Source: Octopus sinensis (taxonomy: Eukaryota). From it: a DNA stretch of 64,000 nucleotides. Numbering within the stretch: the stretch's first letter is position 1; every line of letters starts with the position of its first letter. The DNA lies in assembly GCF_006345805.1 (NCBI RefSeq), contig NC_042998.1:1550001-1614000 (forward strand), written 5' to 3'. A program made the position numbers and the translations under genes. Shown here in pieces: positions 38,966 to 54,729 of this stretch. The notes beneath the pieces were generated by a model that searched no databases, was not told the DNA's origin, and saw nothing but the letters and a program-made list of their open reading frames with translations.

Positions 38966-39230
38966 AGGCGCAATGGCCCAGTGGTTAGGGCAGCGGACTC
39001 GCGGTTTCGATTCCCAGACCGGGCGTTGTGCGTGTTTATTGAGCGAAAACACCTAAAGCTCCATGAGGCTCCAGCAGGGTGTTGTGGCGACCCCTGTTGT
39101 ATTCTTTAGCCCCAACCTTCTCTCATGCTTTCTTCCTGTTTCTCGGGTAACGCTGCGATGGACTGGCATCCCGTCCAGCTGGGGGGAAACCACATACGCC
39201 ATAGAAACCGGGAAACCGGGCCCAAGGGCA
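38964..39230 (+). mobile_element. SINE family D
   Basis: Matches 13545-13846. Confidence 0.85.
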
Positions 39231-39260
39231 AAAAAAAAAAGAAAATATGTATATATATAT

Positions 39261-41028
<1,768 letters not shown>

Positions 41029-41212
41029 TTAAAGTAATATGCATTAATGATAAAGTATATATATAATATAATGTTCCTTTTTGGTAAGGTCAACAAAAAA
41101 AATACTCCATCCGATGAGAGATAAATATTATTTAACAACACAATACGTTGAGAAATATTTGAAACCTATCATCAGGCACAAATCACATAGCATAATGAAC
41201 TAATAGATATTT

Positions 41213-41546
41213 AGGATCCCCTTCGGTCATGAATGACCATGGGGTTACACCTAGAAAGTTCCCCTCCGAAGCACAGGTGTGGACAAGGTTGTTTATGGAA
41301 GACCAGCAGTCGCCCATGCATACCAGCCACCCCCTCTCCATGCCACCGATGTTATCCAAGGGAAAGGCAAAGGGGCCGATACAGCTTGGCACCTGTGACG
41401 TCGCAACCCATTTCTACAGCTGAGTGAAATGGGGCGACGTGAAATAAAGTGTCTTGCTCAAGAACACAATGCAGAGCCCGGTCGAGAATCGAACCCACTA
41501 CCTTATGATTGTAAGCCCGACGCTCTAACGATTAAGCCATGCGCCA

Positions 41547-41547
<1 letters not shown>
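41213..41547 (-). mobile_element. tRNA-derived SINE sharing head and core with family E but with a different 3' tail
   Basis: GGTTCGATTC B box, CTTGAGCAAGACACTTT core, tail CCATGGTCATTCATGACCGAAGGG. Confidence 0.8.
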
Positions 41548-41599
<52 letters not shown>

Positions 41600-41925
41600 A
41601 CACACACACGTACGTACTTTAATGCATGCATGGACATCAAGCAGTGAAAACATTCTAGTCACATACGTTTCTGGAGAGATAGGAAAACGGCATTCAGGAA
41701 AGATAACTCTAAAAATTGGAAGAGTACAGTCCCTTGATTTAATCTGTTGCGTCGTGAACAAAGGAAATACCGAGTATTATTTGTGAGCTTTTTTCGTTTC
41801 CATTTAACGAAACAGACACATAAATACATATTCATGTTCTGCATACTTTTTTCCGGTATATTTTAGCATTATAGTTATTTTATGAGGCGTATAAAGTTTA
41901 CAGAGTCTGTTGTTTAGGTCATGTT

Positions 41926-42116
<191 letters not shown>

Positions 42117-43203
42117 TGTTTCTTTATTAGCCACACAGGGCTGCACACAGATAGAACAAATTACAAGGTAGAGCTTTTCTTTTGAAGGTTTAAATAAAAA
42201 AAAAAAAGGAAGGGGAGTTTCGATCAAAAGGGATCGTAAAAGGAGAGAAAGAGGACAAAAAAAGGGGGGTTAAAAAAAAAAAAAAGGGGGAGAGGAAAAA
42301 AAAATTGATCAATAGGGATCGTTATCACAGAAATGTCAATATGAAGTGTAAAGGGGAGGACAGGTGAGGTTTACCCGTGGAAAGAAAAGCCTACGGAAAA
42401 GACCACGGTAACCTCGGTCAATGAAGTCACATTTTATATTTATTTTTTTTTTTTTTTTTTTTTGCAAATAAGCAACTCTCTGTTTTCGATTTCTGGGTTC
42501 ATAGGACTATGCTCAAGGTGGCTTCGTCATTCATACGTGCCATTCTTGCTACATTCACCCATCTTTTTTTAAAACATTCGCTAGACAAAACTTGCCTCTC
42601 TACTCTCACTTTCCTTTTCAAGTGGTACTTGAAGAAGTTGATGAGAGATTGACCAGAGAGGAAAGTGTTTGTCTCCAATCCTTTCAGACGCGTCCACCAG
42701 ATACATTCTTTCGCCATAGCCACAAGGATGATGAAAATAGCTCTTCTTCCCGTTTGAAGGAAGGAGCGTGACAATATTGACGATAGACTCAGCTGATAAA
42801 CCGACTCGTCCCACACGTGACAGCAGTTGTTCGACATAAGCCCACAGGTCGGAAATTGTTGGACACTGAACGAGTGCGTGCAGAACGGTTTCGTCGCTCT
42901 GACCGCATCTCGGGCAGGTCGGCCCCGTGTTTCTCGAGCCGTGTCTGTAGAGCTTATCCGAACGGGTAGCGCTTCTCGGTAGCACTGCCAGGCCAGGGAT
43001 CTCTGGAAGTTGTCCATGGGCCCTGGCCCGAAAGCCGTCCCGAACAGGGGGGTCAGGTACTCCTCGTCGACGTCCAGGTTCGCCCCGAGCTCGTCGTCGT
43101 ACCTCCCCTCCACTAAACCCCTATAGAATGCTTTGGTTGTGTTGAAGTCACTTAAGGTCGACCCAGGACGGCAGAGTTGCTTGAGAGCAACGCGACACTC
43201 GCG
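42117..43203 (-). mobile_element. 5'-truncated Tx1/L1-group LINE, subfamily B
   Basis: ORF2 C-terminus (RSLAWQCYREALPVR, CPRCGQSDETVLHALVQC) paralogous to copy A; diverged 3' UTR. Confidence 0.9.
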
Positions 43204-43788
<585 letters not shown>

Positions 43789-44107
43789 CTTTCTTTTATT
43801 AGCCACACAGGGCTGAATACAGAGGGGACAAATACAAATGCAGAGCTTTTCTTTTCGAGGGTGGAAAAAAAAAAAAAAAAAATGTAAGATTGCGATCAAA
43901 AGGGATCGAGAGGAGGAAAAAAAAAAAAAAAAAAAAATGGAAAAAAAAGGAAAATCGTGTATCACAGAAATAATGGTGTAAACATTGATATAACAAGATT
44001 GGGTTCATCCGTGGAAGAAAAGCCTACAGAAAAGACCACGGGAACCCCAGTCAGGGAGGAATAAACACATGAGGTCAAAAATGCTCTCTTTCTTTCTTTT
44101 TTACGAT

Positions 44108-47100
44108 CTACAGGATCATGCTCAAAATGGTTTCGTTACTAGCACGCACCATCTTTGCAACATTCACCCATCTTTTTTTGAATCTTTCGCGAGACAAAAC
44201 TTCCCTCTCCATTCTCACCTTCCTTTTCAAGTGGTACTTGAAAAAGTTGATGAGCGATTGGCCAGAGAGGTAAGTGTTTGTCTCTAATCCTTTCGCTCGA
44301 GTCCACCACACACATTCTTTCACCATGGCCACCAGTACGATGAAAACTGCCTTGCCTTCCCGGTTGAGGGAAGGGGGCGGAGCAATTCTCACGATAGACT
44401 CGGCCGATAGGCGGATTCGTCCCACACGTGACAGCAGCCGTTCGGCATAAGCCCACAGGTCGGAAATGGTTGGACATTGCACGAGTGCGTGCAGAACGGT
44501 TTCGTCGCTCTGACCGCATCTCGGGCAAGTCGGTCCAGTGTGTCTGGAACCGTGTCTGTAGAGCTTATCCCGAACAGGTAATGCTTCTCGATAGCACTGC
44601 CAGGCCAGGGATCTTTGGTGATTGTTCATAGGTCCCGGCCCGAAAGTTGTCCTGAACAGGCGGGTCCTCGTCGACGCCCAGACTCTGCCCGAGTTCGTCG
44701 TCGCACCTCCCCTCCACTAATCCTCTATAGAATGCCTTTGTTGTGATGGAGTCGCACAAGTTCGATCCCGGACGGCAGAGTTGCTTGAGAGCAACGCGAC
44801 GCTCGCGGTGCCATTCGCCTAGCCTCGGTCTCTGCTTGATCCATGACTGTAGTTCGTCCAAGGAGACGAGCTGCGGGAAAGCGCGCCGCACAAAAGGCGA
44901 CCACCCCTGTTCACCGTTGTCTATGAAGCGCCGGAGATGTCGCAGTCTCAGCGCATGTCTGCGCATCATCAACCACGGCATGCCCAGCCCTCCATTTAGC
45001 GGGTGTTGGCAGCAAATGGATCGCCTAACCATCGGAACGTTTCCCTTCCACAAGAAGCGGAAGAGTATGCGTTCCAGTTTGGTGATGGTAGGGTCGGGAC
45101 AAGGCACGACGGTCAGACGATACTCGATGACGGATGCGATGTACGCGTTCGCCACCTCCGCCCGACCTTTTAGGGATAGCTTCTCTCAGTCCATTTCTGG
45201 GTGAGAGTAGCCACCCTAGTCGTTATCTCGCCCCAGTTCTTCTCCATTTGGAGGTCCGGACCGAACCAGACCCCGAGCAATTTAACCGGTCCGTCCGTCC
45301 AGCGTCCCACGATGGAGACGCTGTTGGACGGCATGGGCTTGCTTCTCCAGGTGCCGAGCCGCAAGCCCACTGACTTTTCCCGGTTAATTTTTGCTCCCGT
45401 TACCGCTTCGTATTCTTTCAGTGTCTCGCCGACCAGCTCGATGTGCTCGTAGCTCGACACTATGACGGTGACGTCATCCGCGTATGCAGACACGCTCCTC
45501 CCGCATCCCAGCTCTCGTGGATGCCCCTCAGCGTCGCCAGTTTCCGCAGTAGTGGCTCAAGAGTCAGTACATACAGCAGCGATGAGAGGGGGCATCCCTG
45601 ACGAACCGAACGCATGATGTTAAAAGGTCTGGATAGATGACCATTTACGCGAACTACTGAGCGGATGCCGCTGTATAAGGCAGCGATCCAACCGCGGAAA
45701 ACTGGACCGAAACCAGCCGCTTTGAGGACAGCCTCCAAGTAGTGATGGTCTACCCTATCGAAGGCTTTTGATTGATCCAAATTGATCAGCGCCCCACCCA
45801 TGCCAGGATTTTTAACTACCCTGTCTATGATGTAGCGCATCAGATGGAGGTTGTCATGAATACTTCTACCCGGCACGGCGCATGTTTGCGCCTTGTCGAT
45901 TAGTTTCTTGATGACAAGCGCCAACCTCTCGGCTAACACCTTGGCCAAAATTTTCAAATCTGCGTTGAGCAGAGTGATGGGCCTGAAATTATCTATGACG
46001 TCCCCCTTGTTTGGGTCTTTCTTGATCAGTGCCACTGCTCCTCGCTTTACAAAAGCAGGAATACTCCCGTTCTGCTGCCAGTTGCAGTAGACAGCTGCCA
46101 AGACGCCTCCAAACAAGTCTGGCATATGAAAATAAAATTTAGGGCAGACCATCCAAGCCTGGTGACTTGTCTCTCGCGCAGCCTACCATCGCATCCTGTA
46201 CATCCGCAGCTGTGATAGGCTTTTCACAAGACTCCACCTCCCTTGCTGAGAGTCGTGGCAAGGCATGCAGGTAGGCACTAAAGTCCACTCTGCTTTCTGA
46301 CTCACCACTTGTCCCAAACAGTTGGGTGAAGTGTTGTTGAAAAACCCCACACATCCTTTTAGGCTCGAGCAATTCGCGCCCCTGTTCATCTATAAGAGAC
46401 TTGATGGTGGCTCTGTTGCCTCGTTGCGTCTCCACCACTCGGGCCTCTTGGGCGGCTCCAACTCCTTCGTTCCTCAGAGCACGCATCCTAGCTCTGACAA
46501 CGCATCCCTCGTGTTTGGCGTTGAGGTGTTGGTCGAGGGCCAATCTCGCCGCCAGTACGTTGGACGCGATGCCAGTTCTAAGTGCCTCTTCTAAAACCTT
46601 AACTAATTCTCCCTCTATTCTATTTCGGTCTAATGCTAGGGCTCTACTGTATCTGACTGATTCTGCTTTAATCGCTTTTTTTAGGGCATACCACCATCTG
46701 TTGTTGATGATGGTACCCGTCAAAGCTCTCTTAACTAATGTGCTGATCCGGTCCCTGTAAACCTGTCGTGCTGTAAAAGACGCGTTCAGTTTCCAGTAAC
46801 CAGGACCCTGCCTATGTGTCTTATCTAAGTCAAGTGTACAAGTCACAAACTTGTGATCTGTGTAACTGACTATATGAAATTGTGGACAACCTACACTATT
46901 TTTATCTATTGTCCTACAGAATACTCTATCTAAGTATGATCTGGACGACCCGATGCGGTTACTCCATGTCCACATTGGCACATTCGGGTGGTCCAGTCGG
47001 TACCTGTCAGACAGTTGGAAACGTCTGAGCAGGTCTTTGAGGCATTTGCATCCCCTTCTATTGCTATCTCTGCCCACGTAGTCTAGATGCGTGTCCAGGG

Positions 47101-47533
47101 TGGCATTCCAATCCCCCACTAAAAGTAAAGGACGAGACGTTCCCATGAAAGACTCTAGACGTCGAAAGAAATCTGGTCGGCCTGTTAAGGACGGAGCATA
47201 AACTGCTATCAGTCGAAAAGCACACTCATTGCTGCCATCGACATCCAAAACGACCAGCCTACCCTCCGGGTCTAGGAAATTTGCTCTTACTTTGAGATCC
47301 AGACTCTTCCGGATAAGCACCGCGGTGCCACCTCCGCCCATTCTCGGTAGACACGGAGAAAAATAAATGTTGAAATGTGTACCGAAAATGTGCTGGAGTG
47401 CCCGCAAGCTGTGGAGTCTGGTCTCACTGATGGCTATGATATTCAGATTTAGTGACTTGATGTCATTTAACAGGTAGCCTTGTTTCCAAGGCGACCCCAA
47501 GCCACGTACATTTATACTACCTATTCTGAGCAT
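44108..47533 (-). pseudogene. Tx1 ORF2 (APE endonuclease + reverse transcriptase + zinc finger), split by about four frameshifts
   Basis: SINVRGL, ISETRL, VYAP, GDWN, SYLDR, TDH, GPGYWKLN, KSPGLDGLP, FRPITLLNADLKI, LDQSKAFDRV, SVRQGCPLS, AYADD, GGLGMP. Confidence 0.92.
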
Positions 47534-49726
47534 GTTCCGATAAAAGTGCAAAAAAGGAAAAGGAGAGAGAAAAGGTTACTTGTTTTTCGAAAGTTCTGTC
47601 TTTCACCTCACGGTCTTCTTCTATGAGGCTTTTATACAGTTTTTTCGATGAGTACTTTTGAAATCTCCCTACTGCATCAGGGTAAAGAGATTTCAGGGTG
47701 CTGTATGTGTTCTGTGTCACGTGTATTATTTTAATGTGTTGTGGTGGTGTGTGTGTGGGTGGTTACTTGTTTTTATGTCGTTTTCAGTAATGTTAGTGTT
47801 TGACCTAATGTGTTCCATTAGGTCGTGGTTGTTTGTGTTTATGGCTGTCAACATTTTTGGGGGGTTTGATGATGGTGTGTTTGTGTTGATGTGGTGTTTT
47901 CTGTGGATGTTTTTGTTTCGGGAGTGGTGTATCTTCCCGCTTTGTTTGTTATTTTTTCTTTTCTTTTTTTCCCCTTTTTCTTCTCCCCGCTGTGGCTATT
48001 TGCCAATCTTCCGTGTCTTCTTCGTCTAATGACAGATCAGACGAATCGGAGTCTGGAAGAGGGAAAGTATTGGGGTCTATTGTCGACTGTGTTGGTTTTT
48101 GTTGTTGGGTTGGTTGGTGAGCGTTTGGTTGTGGTGTATGCGGTTTTGGATGTGGGGTTTGGGTATTTTGTGTTTGAGTGATTGTGGGTATTGTTGTGTT
48201 GTTTAGGGTCTCAATTTTGTGGGGATTTGGAGTTGTAATTGTTTCTTCATTTTTGCTGGGTGTCTTTTTGGCAGATGTCCTTGGTTTGGGAGTTGGTATA
48301 TTCTTGGTTGTTGTTGTTGGTGATGCTGCTTCTGTTCTTGGTGCTGCAGTTGGTGTGGTTGTTTGTTTGGTGAGGTTTGTTCCTGCAAAAAGTGGTGTGG
48401 GTAGTAAACCTTGTTTATTTGTTTTTGTTTCCGGCTGCTGTTGTTGTTGCTGTTGTTTTCTTGCGGCAGATTCGCAGTTTTTTTTGAGGTGTTGCTCACT
48501 GCCGCATATGTAGCAACGTGGTCTTCTGCCATCGACGACCACATATAACTTGTGGTCGTCTGATACACATATCTGGGTGGGTATTTTTTTTATATCTTCA
48601 TGATGTATATGTAGAAGAAATTCTATTTTTTTCCCACCCAGTTTTTATGCTCTGTGACTGTGGTTTCCAAAATAGTATAATTCGCCATTTTTACGCATAA
48701 GGCCTTTACAAGCCATAGACTATTGGCTATTTTGGGGACATTGTTTAGAGTGATCTTAGTCACTTTCTGTCCCCGATAGCTTGGTGTAAGTTGGAGTTCA
48801 TCTGAGTGAAGAGTTAGCGTTGAGAAATGTCTAGCTAACTCTTCGGTGTAGAAAACGACTTGTATGTGGGCAAATTTGTTCCACCAGGTTACATATTCTT
48901 TGTGATCCCAGATGGGTTTCAAGCACTTCTCTATTTTGCTTGTGTTGGCCTTCTCTGGGATTTTTGTTTTTTTGTTAACTATTTTATAAATGATTGTTCG
49001 TCTTTTTTCATTTTCCAAAATATCTTCTGGTATGTTTATTTTTACTATACCTTCTGATTCTGTTATTTTGATGTTCGTGTCCTGTATTTGTTGAGCCGTA
49101 AAGTATATTGTTGTTTTTTTTTCTTTAATCGCCTCAGCGAAATTTGTTGTTGTTTTGTTATTGTTGTTGCTTGTGGTGATGTTGTTGTTGGCTGCAGTTT
49201 GTAAAATTGGTGTGTTTGGTTCGATCGTGCAAGTAGGAAGGGGTGGAAAATTGCCTGCGTACTTTAGTCCTGCACTAGGGCAAAATTCGACATTTCGTTT
49301 GCTTGTCGTCGTTATTTTTTCACTTGTTGGTGATGGAGTGAGCAGTGGTTGAAGGGAATTGTTGTTGTCGTCGTTGTTGTTGTTGTTGTTATTGTCGTTC
49401 TTGGTGACGGCGGTGGTGTTGGTAGTATTAGTAGCATTGACGGCACGGTCTTTGGTGGCGGTGATGGTGATGTTGGTGTTGTTATTGGTGGCGATATCTT
49501 TAGTAGGGATAGCAGTTTTAGTAGCAGATTCTGCCATGGTGTTGGTGGTGGTGGTGGACTCACTGATGGTGTTGACGGTGCTTGGCCTTGCGACCTTTGT
49601 TTTGTATTTGTTGCTGTTGGTGGTGGTGGAGTTGTCAGGTTCGGCGTATGCTAACAGAGCATCCTGTTTTTCTGTTTCTGCGTCACGCTTGACTTGCAAC
49701 TCAGCCTCGTGGTGGCCAGTGGCCAT
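47517..49726 (-). pseudogene. Tx1 ORF1 (gag-like, T/N-rich low complexity, CCHC knuckle), frameshifted
   Basis: MATGHHEAE start; CYICGSEQHLKKNC; last segment stops just inside the ORF2 start region. Confidence 0.75.
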
Positions 49727-49951
49727 TTTGGAAATAAAATGGCTAAATGAAACCACGAAGGCTATGAGAATTTTTTCTTTTAAATTTTGCCCACTAGGGG
49801 AAAAATTTTGTGTCGATATTTATCAAAGGTTTACAGTGGATGTTGTTGCACAACTTTTAAGCACAAAATGTTTGTCAATATACACTTTTAAATAGTCAAA
49901 ATAAATGATTACCTTCGGAGCTGAAACGACATCACATCCGTCAGAGATAGG

Positions 49952-50049
<98 letters not shown>

Positions 50050-50050
<1 letters not shown>

Positions 50051-50375
50051 GAGTACTCCGTCGGTTTCGACGACGAGGGTCCCAGCTGATCCGACCAACG
50101 GAACAGCTTGCTCATGAAATTAACATGCAAGAGGCTGAACACACCACAGACACGTGTACCCTTAACGTAGTTCTCGGGGAGATTCAGCGGGACACAGAGT
50201 GTGACAAGGCCGGCCCTTTGAAATATAGGTACTACTCATTTTTACCAGCTGAGTGGACTGGAGCGACGTGAAAGTAAAGTGTCTTGCTCAAGGACACAAC
50301 GCGTCGCCGGGAATTGAACTCACGACCTTACGATCATTAACCGAATGCTTCTAACCACTAAGCGACGCACCTTCA
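50050..50375 (-). mobile_element. SINE family E whose 3' end runs into the (TATC)n tract at 49946-50049
   Basis: Matches 32070-32392. Confidence 0.88.
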
Positions 50376-50552
50376 CATACATACATACATACATACATAC
50401 ATGCATGCATACATACATACATACATGCATACATACATACATACATGCATACATACATCCATACTACATACATACATGCATGCATACATACATGCATACA
50501 TGCATACATACATCATACATACATACAATATACAACATACATACATACAGCA

Positions 50553-50584
<32 letters not shown>

Positions 50585-51626
50585 CATACATACATACATA
50601 CATACATGCATGCATACATACATACATACATCATACATGCATACAGACATACATACATACATGCATACATACATGCATACATACTAAGCGACGCACTTCA
50701 CATACATACATACATAATACATACATGATACATGCATAATACATAATACATACATGCATACATACATACATACATGCCATACATACATACATACATACAT
50801 AATACATACATACATACTACATACATACATACATACATACATGCTGATACATACATGCATACTGCATACATACATAATCTTACATACTAAATACATACAT
50901 ACATACATACATGCATGCATACATACCGACATACATGCATACTACATACCACATGAATACATACATACAGACATACATACATAAACATAATACATGCATA
51001 CATACATACATACATACATACATACATACATACATGCATACATACAACATATGCATACATACATAATACATACATACATACATACATACATACATGCATA
51101 CATACATACATACATACATACATACATACATACATGCATACATACATACATACATACATATATGCATACATACATACATACATGCATACATGCATACATA
51201 CATACATACATACATGCATGCATACTACATACATACATACATACATACATACATACATACATGCATACATACATGCATACAACTAAGCGACGCACCTTCA
51301 CATACATACATACATACATACATACTACATGCATACATACATACATACACATACATACATACATACATACATACATACATACATGCATGCATACATAATA
51401 CATACATACATACATACATATACGCTACATACATGCATACATGCAACATCATACATACATACATGCATACATACATGCATACATGCATACATACATACAT
51501 ACATACATGCATGCATACAACATACATACATACATGCACATACATACATACATACATACATACATGCATGCATACATACATACATACTACATGCATGCAT
51601 ACAACATACATACATACATGCATACA

Positions 51627-51658
<32 letters not shown>

Positions 51659-52432
51659 CATGCATGCATACCTACATGCATGCATGATGCATGCATACAT
51701 ACATGCATACATGCATGCATACATACATACATGCATACATGATACATACATACATACATACATACATACATGCATACATACATGCATACATACATACATA
51801 CATACAACATACACATACATGCATACATACATGCATACATGCATACATACATACATACTAAGCGACGCACCTCACATACATACATACACATACATACATA
51901 CATGCATGCATACATACATACATAATGCATACATGCATACATACATACATACATACATGCATACTACATACATACATACATACAATACAACATACATGCA
52001 TGCATACATACATGCATGCATGCATGCATACATAACATACATACATACATAATACATACAACATGCATACATACATGGATACATGCATACATAACATACA
52101 ACATACATGCATGCATACATACATACATACATACAACATACACGCATGCATGCATGCATACATACATACATACATACATGCATGCATGCATGCATACATA
52201 CATACATACATACATACATACATACATACATACATACATACATACATACATGCATGCATGCATGCATACATACATACATACATACATACATACACGCATG
52301 CATGCATGCATACATACATACATACATACATGCATGCATGCATGCATACATACATACATACATACATACATACATACATACATACATACATACATGCATG
52401 CATGCATGCATACATACATACATACATACATA

Positions 52433-52445
<13 letters not shown>
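50376..52445. repeat. ~2-kb (CATA)n/(CATG)n array with recurrent CTAAGCGACGCAC islands
   Basis: Islands at ~50685, ~51283 and ~51858 copy the adjacent SINE head. Confidence 0.95.
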
Positions 52446-52468
<23 letters not shown>

Positions 52469-52609
52469 GGTGTGTGTGCATGCGCGTGCCCTTGTATATG
52501 CATACATACGAACACATTGGCATGGCGGTGAGACAAGAAGTTTGTTTCCCAACCACGTGGTTCCGGTCAAAAGCCATGGTATAATCCCACTGCTTCTATA
52601 GCTCCGGGA

Positions 52610-52830
52610 TTATAGTGATCCAATGTTCGTTCCGCACAGTCGCACACTCTTTCAATCAAATGGACGTTGTCTGAACGGGTGCATTGGGTACCACGCTTCG
52701 GGTATCGAAGTGATACTCAGAGCAATGTGAGATGAATTGTTTTGCTCAAAAGCACACCGCCTAGGAATTGAAACCGCAATCTCGCGGTCGTGAGTCCAAC
52801 TCCCTAACCGATAGGCCATGCGCCCTCATA
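52610..52830 (-). mobile_element. SINE family C-like copy
   Basis: GCGCATGGCC head, GTTTCAATTCC box, TTGAGCAAAAC core. Confidence 0.7.
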
Positions 52831-52866
52831 TATATATATGTGTGTGGTGTGTGTGTGTGTGTGGTG

Positions 52867-52897
<31 letters not shown>

Positions 52898-52976
52898 TGT
52901 GTGTGTGTGTGTGAGTGTGTGTGTGTATAAAACCATAAAAGTCTGATGCTCTGATATTCGGCTGGATATTGTGAGT

Positions 52977-53270
52977 GCGCATGGCCAAGTGATAAGGGTG
53001 TCGCGCTCACGATCGCCAGGTCATAGTTTCAATTCGTAGATAGGGTGGTGCGTTGTGTTCTTGAGCAAAAGACTTCATTTCATGTTGCTTCGCAATCACT
53101 TGGACACCTGGTGTGTGGTACACCTTGCACCTTTTCAAGTAACGTTGATTTGATGGAGGGGAGAAGCTGATGTACAGCACAAACATTTGATTACTATAAA
53201 CAAGTCATTTGCGCAGGTCTTTCGGCAAAAGCTTGTTACTCATTCGTCGTTTTCGAAGGGACACTCCAAA
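52977..53270 (+). mobile_element. SINE family C
   Basis: Matches 13160-13458. Confidence 0.75.
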
Positions 53271-53291
53271 ATATATGGGTACATATATCTA

Positions 53292-53858
53292 TTGGGTTGT
53301 CCAGAAAGTTCGTGCCGATTTATAGTAGCTTACCTTTTCGACTTATTTTAGAACATGGTTGAGTCCATAAAATAGGATTTGACTACACATCCATTTAGAG
53401 CACAGTTTAAGTTATCTTTTCGTGGAAGAGGGTTTATGTTCCTAAAACCTGTGTTAATTCTGTAACCTTTTAAAATGGAAGATAAGAACGTTCATTTTCG
53501 GCACTTCATGCTTTGGGAACCAGACAAAAATTGCTGCAGCTCAGCTGGGATGTGTTACCCCACCCTCCATATTCACCAGATATTGCTCCTTCGGATTTCC
53601 ACTTATTCACGTCTCTGCAGAATAGTGTTAATGGTAAAAATTTCAATTCTTTGGATGACGTAGAAAAATACCTTGCTGAATTCTTTGCCATGAAACCACC
53701 TCAATTCTGGGAAGAGGGTATTTTCAAGTTAAAGGAAAGATGGAGACGCATTGTGCAACAAAATGGTTCATATTTGGTTGATTAAAAATGTAATGGCAAG
53801 TATTTATTGGCCTTTTTCTTTTCTTTAAAAGTCGGCACAAACTTTCTGGACAACCCAA
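53292..53858 (+). mobile_element. Internally deleted mariner element, copy 2
   Basis: Same TIRs and TA TSD as 33410-33943; HPPYSPDIAPSDFHLF motif. Confidence 0.92.
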
Positions 53859-54221
53859 TACATCAAAAATATCACACATACGTAGGTAATTGTTCGCTCA
53901 TCCTCGAGTACGAATATATAAATAAACACACACTTTTATACATTACATTTGCACTTAACAAAATACAATTGTAATTTCAAAAAATGGCCGTTCCAATTCA
54001 AATACCTAAATCGAATAAATGAACTCGTTTACTTTTTTTGTTTTGTTTTGTGTAACCATATATGTATGCGTCTTTACATATTTGTAATTGTTGCCGTTTA
54101 AGTACATTCTCTCACACGCATCTACACACACACACACGCACACACACACATACACACACACATATATACACGCGCACGCGCGCATTCAGGTCAGGCATGC
54201 AAAAAAAGATATGAGACTTAC

Positions 54222-54340
54222 GTGAGAATAGCCGAGGCCTGCGTCTCGAGTCGATGAACCGATACTGTACGCTGGTGGTTGCGTTTTGTTGCTTTCGTAT
54301 GTTTTGCTTAGCACTGGTGGCAGCGTATAAGCGTTAGCAG
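54222..54340 (-). CDS. ODF3: ODF3/SHIPPO1-like protein, coding exon 2
   Basis: TTTGGCAG acceptor, GTAAGT donor, 119 nt, phase 1/0; (A)ANAYTLPPVLSKTYESNKTQPPAYSIGSSTRDAGLGYSH. Confidence 0.9.
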
Positions 54341-54519
54341 CTGCCAAATATAAATCATTTAAAATTAATTTTGATATGTGTATTAAAGTTTGGTCAAATG
54401 ACTCTACCGAAATCACTATTGCACTAATTGGCTTAAACTCACTCATTAATATACATTACTCTCCGACCCTAACAGACACGCTGCTACCTCGCATTTATTC
54501 TATTATCACACTAAAATAG

Positions 54520-54576
54520 CCGTTGCTCCTCAGAGTAACCGTTGCTCCTCAGAGTAACCATTGCTCCTCAGAGTAA
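54520..54576. repeat. 19-bp tandem repeat, 3 copies
   Basis: CCGTTGCTCCTCAGAGTAA. Confidence 0.9.
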
Positions 54577-54729
54577 GCGAACTGGATACTACCTCCACTT
54601 AATTCTATCCGATTCATTTACCACATTTGCCTTTTTCTTTTCTTTTTCTTTCTCACGTTAGTCTCGCTGTGTCTCCCTCTCTAAGCTCTGCACTAATAAT
54701 TTTTCATAATGTTTCTTCCTCAAAAGAAA

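Larger units (their letters stand above)
43788..49945 (-). mobile_element. Apparently full-length Tx1-clade (L1 group) LINE, subfamily A
   Basis: 5' UTR, ORF1 with CCHC knuckle, ORF2 APE-RT-zinc finger, 3' UTR with AATAAA and no poly(A); (TATC)n on both sides. Confidence 0.92.

Noticed and set aside
44743-49895. Plus-strand ORFs overlapping the Tx1 element
   Set aside because: Antisense shadows of ORF1/ORF2 codon bias with no independent motifs
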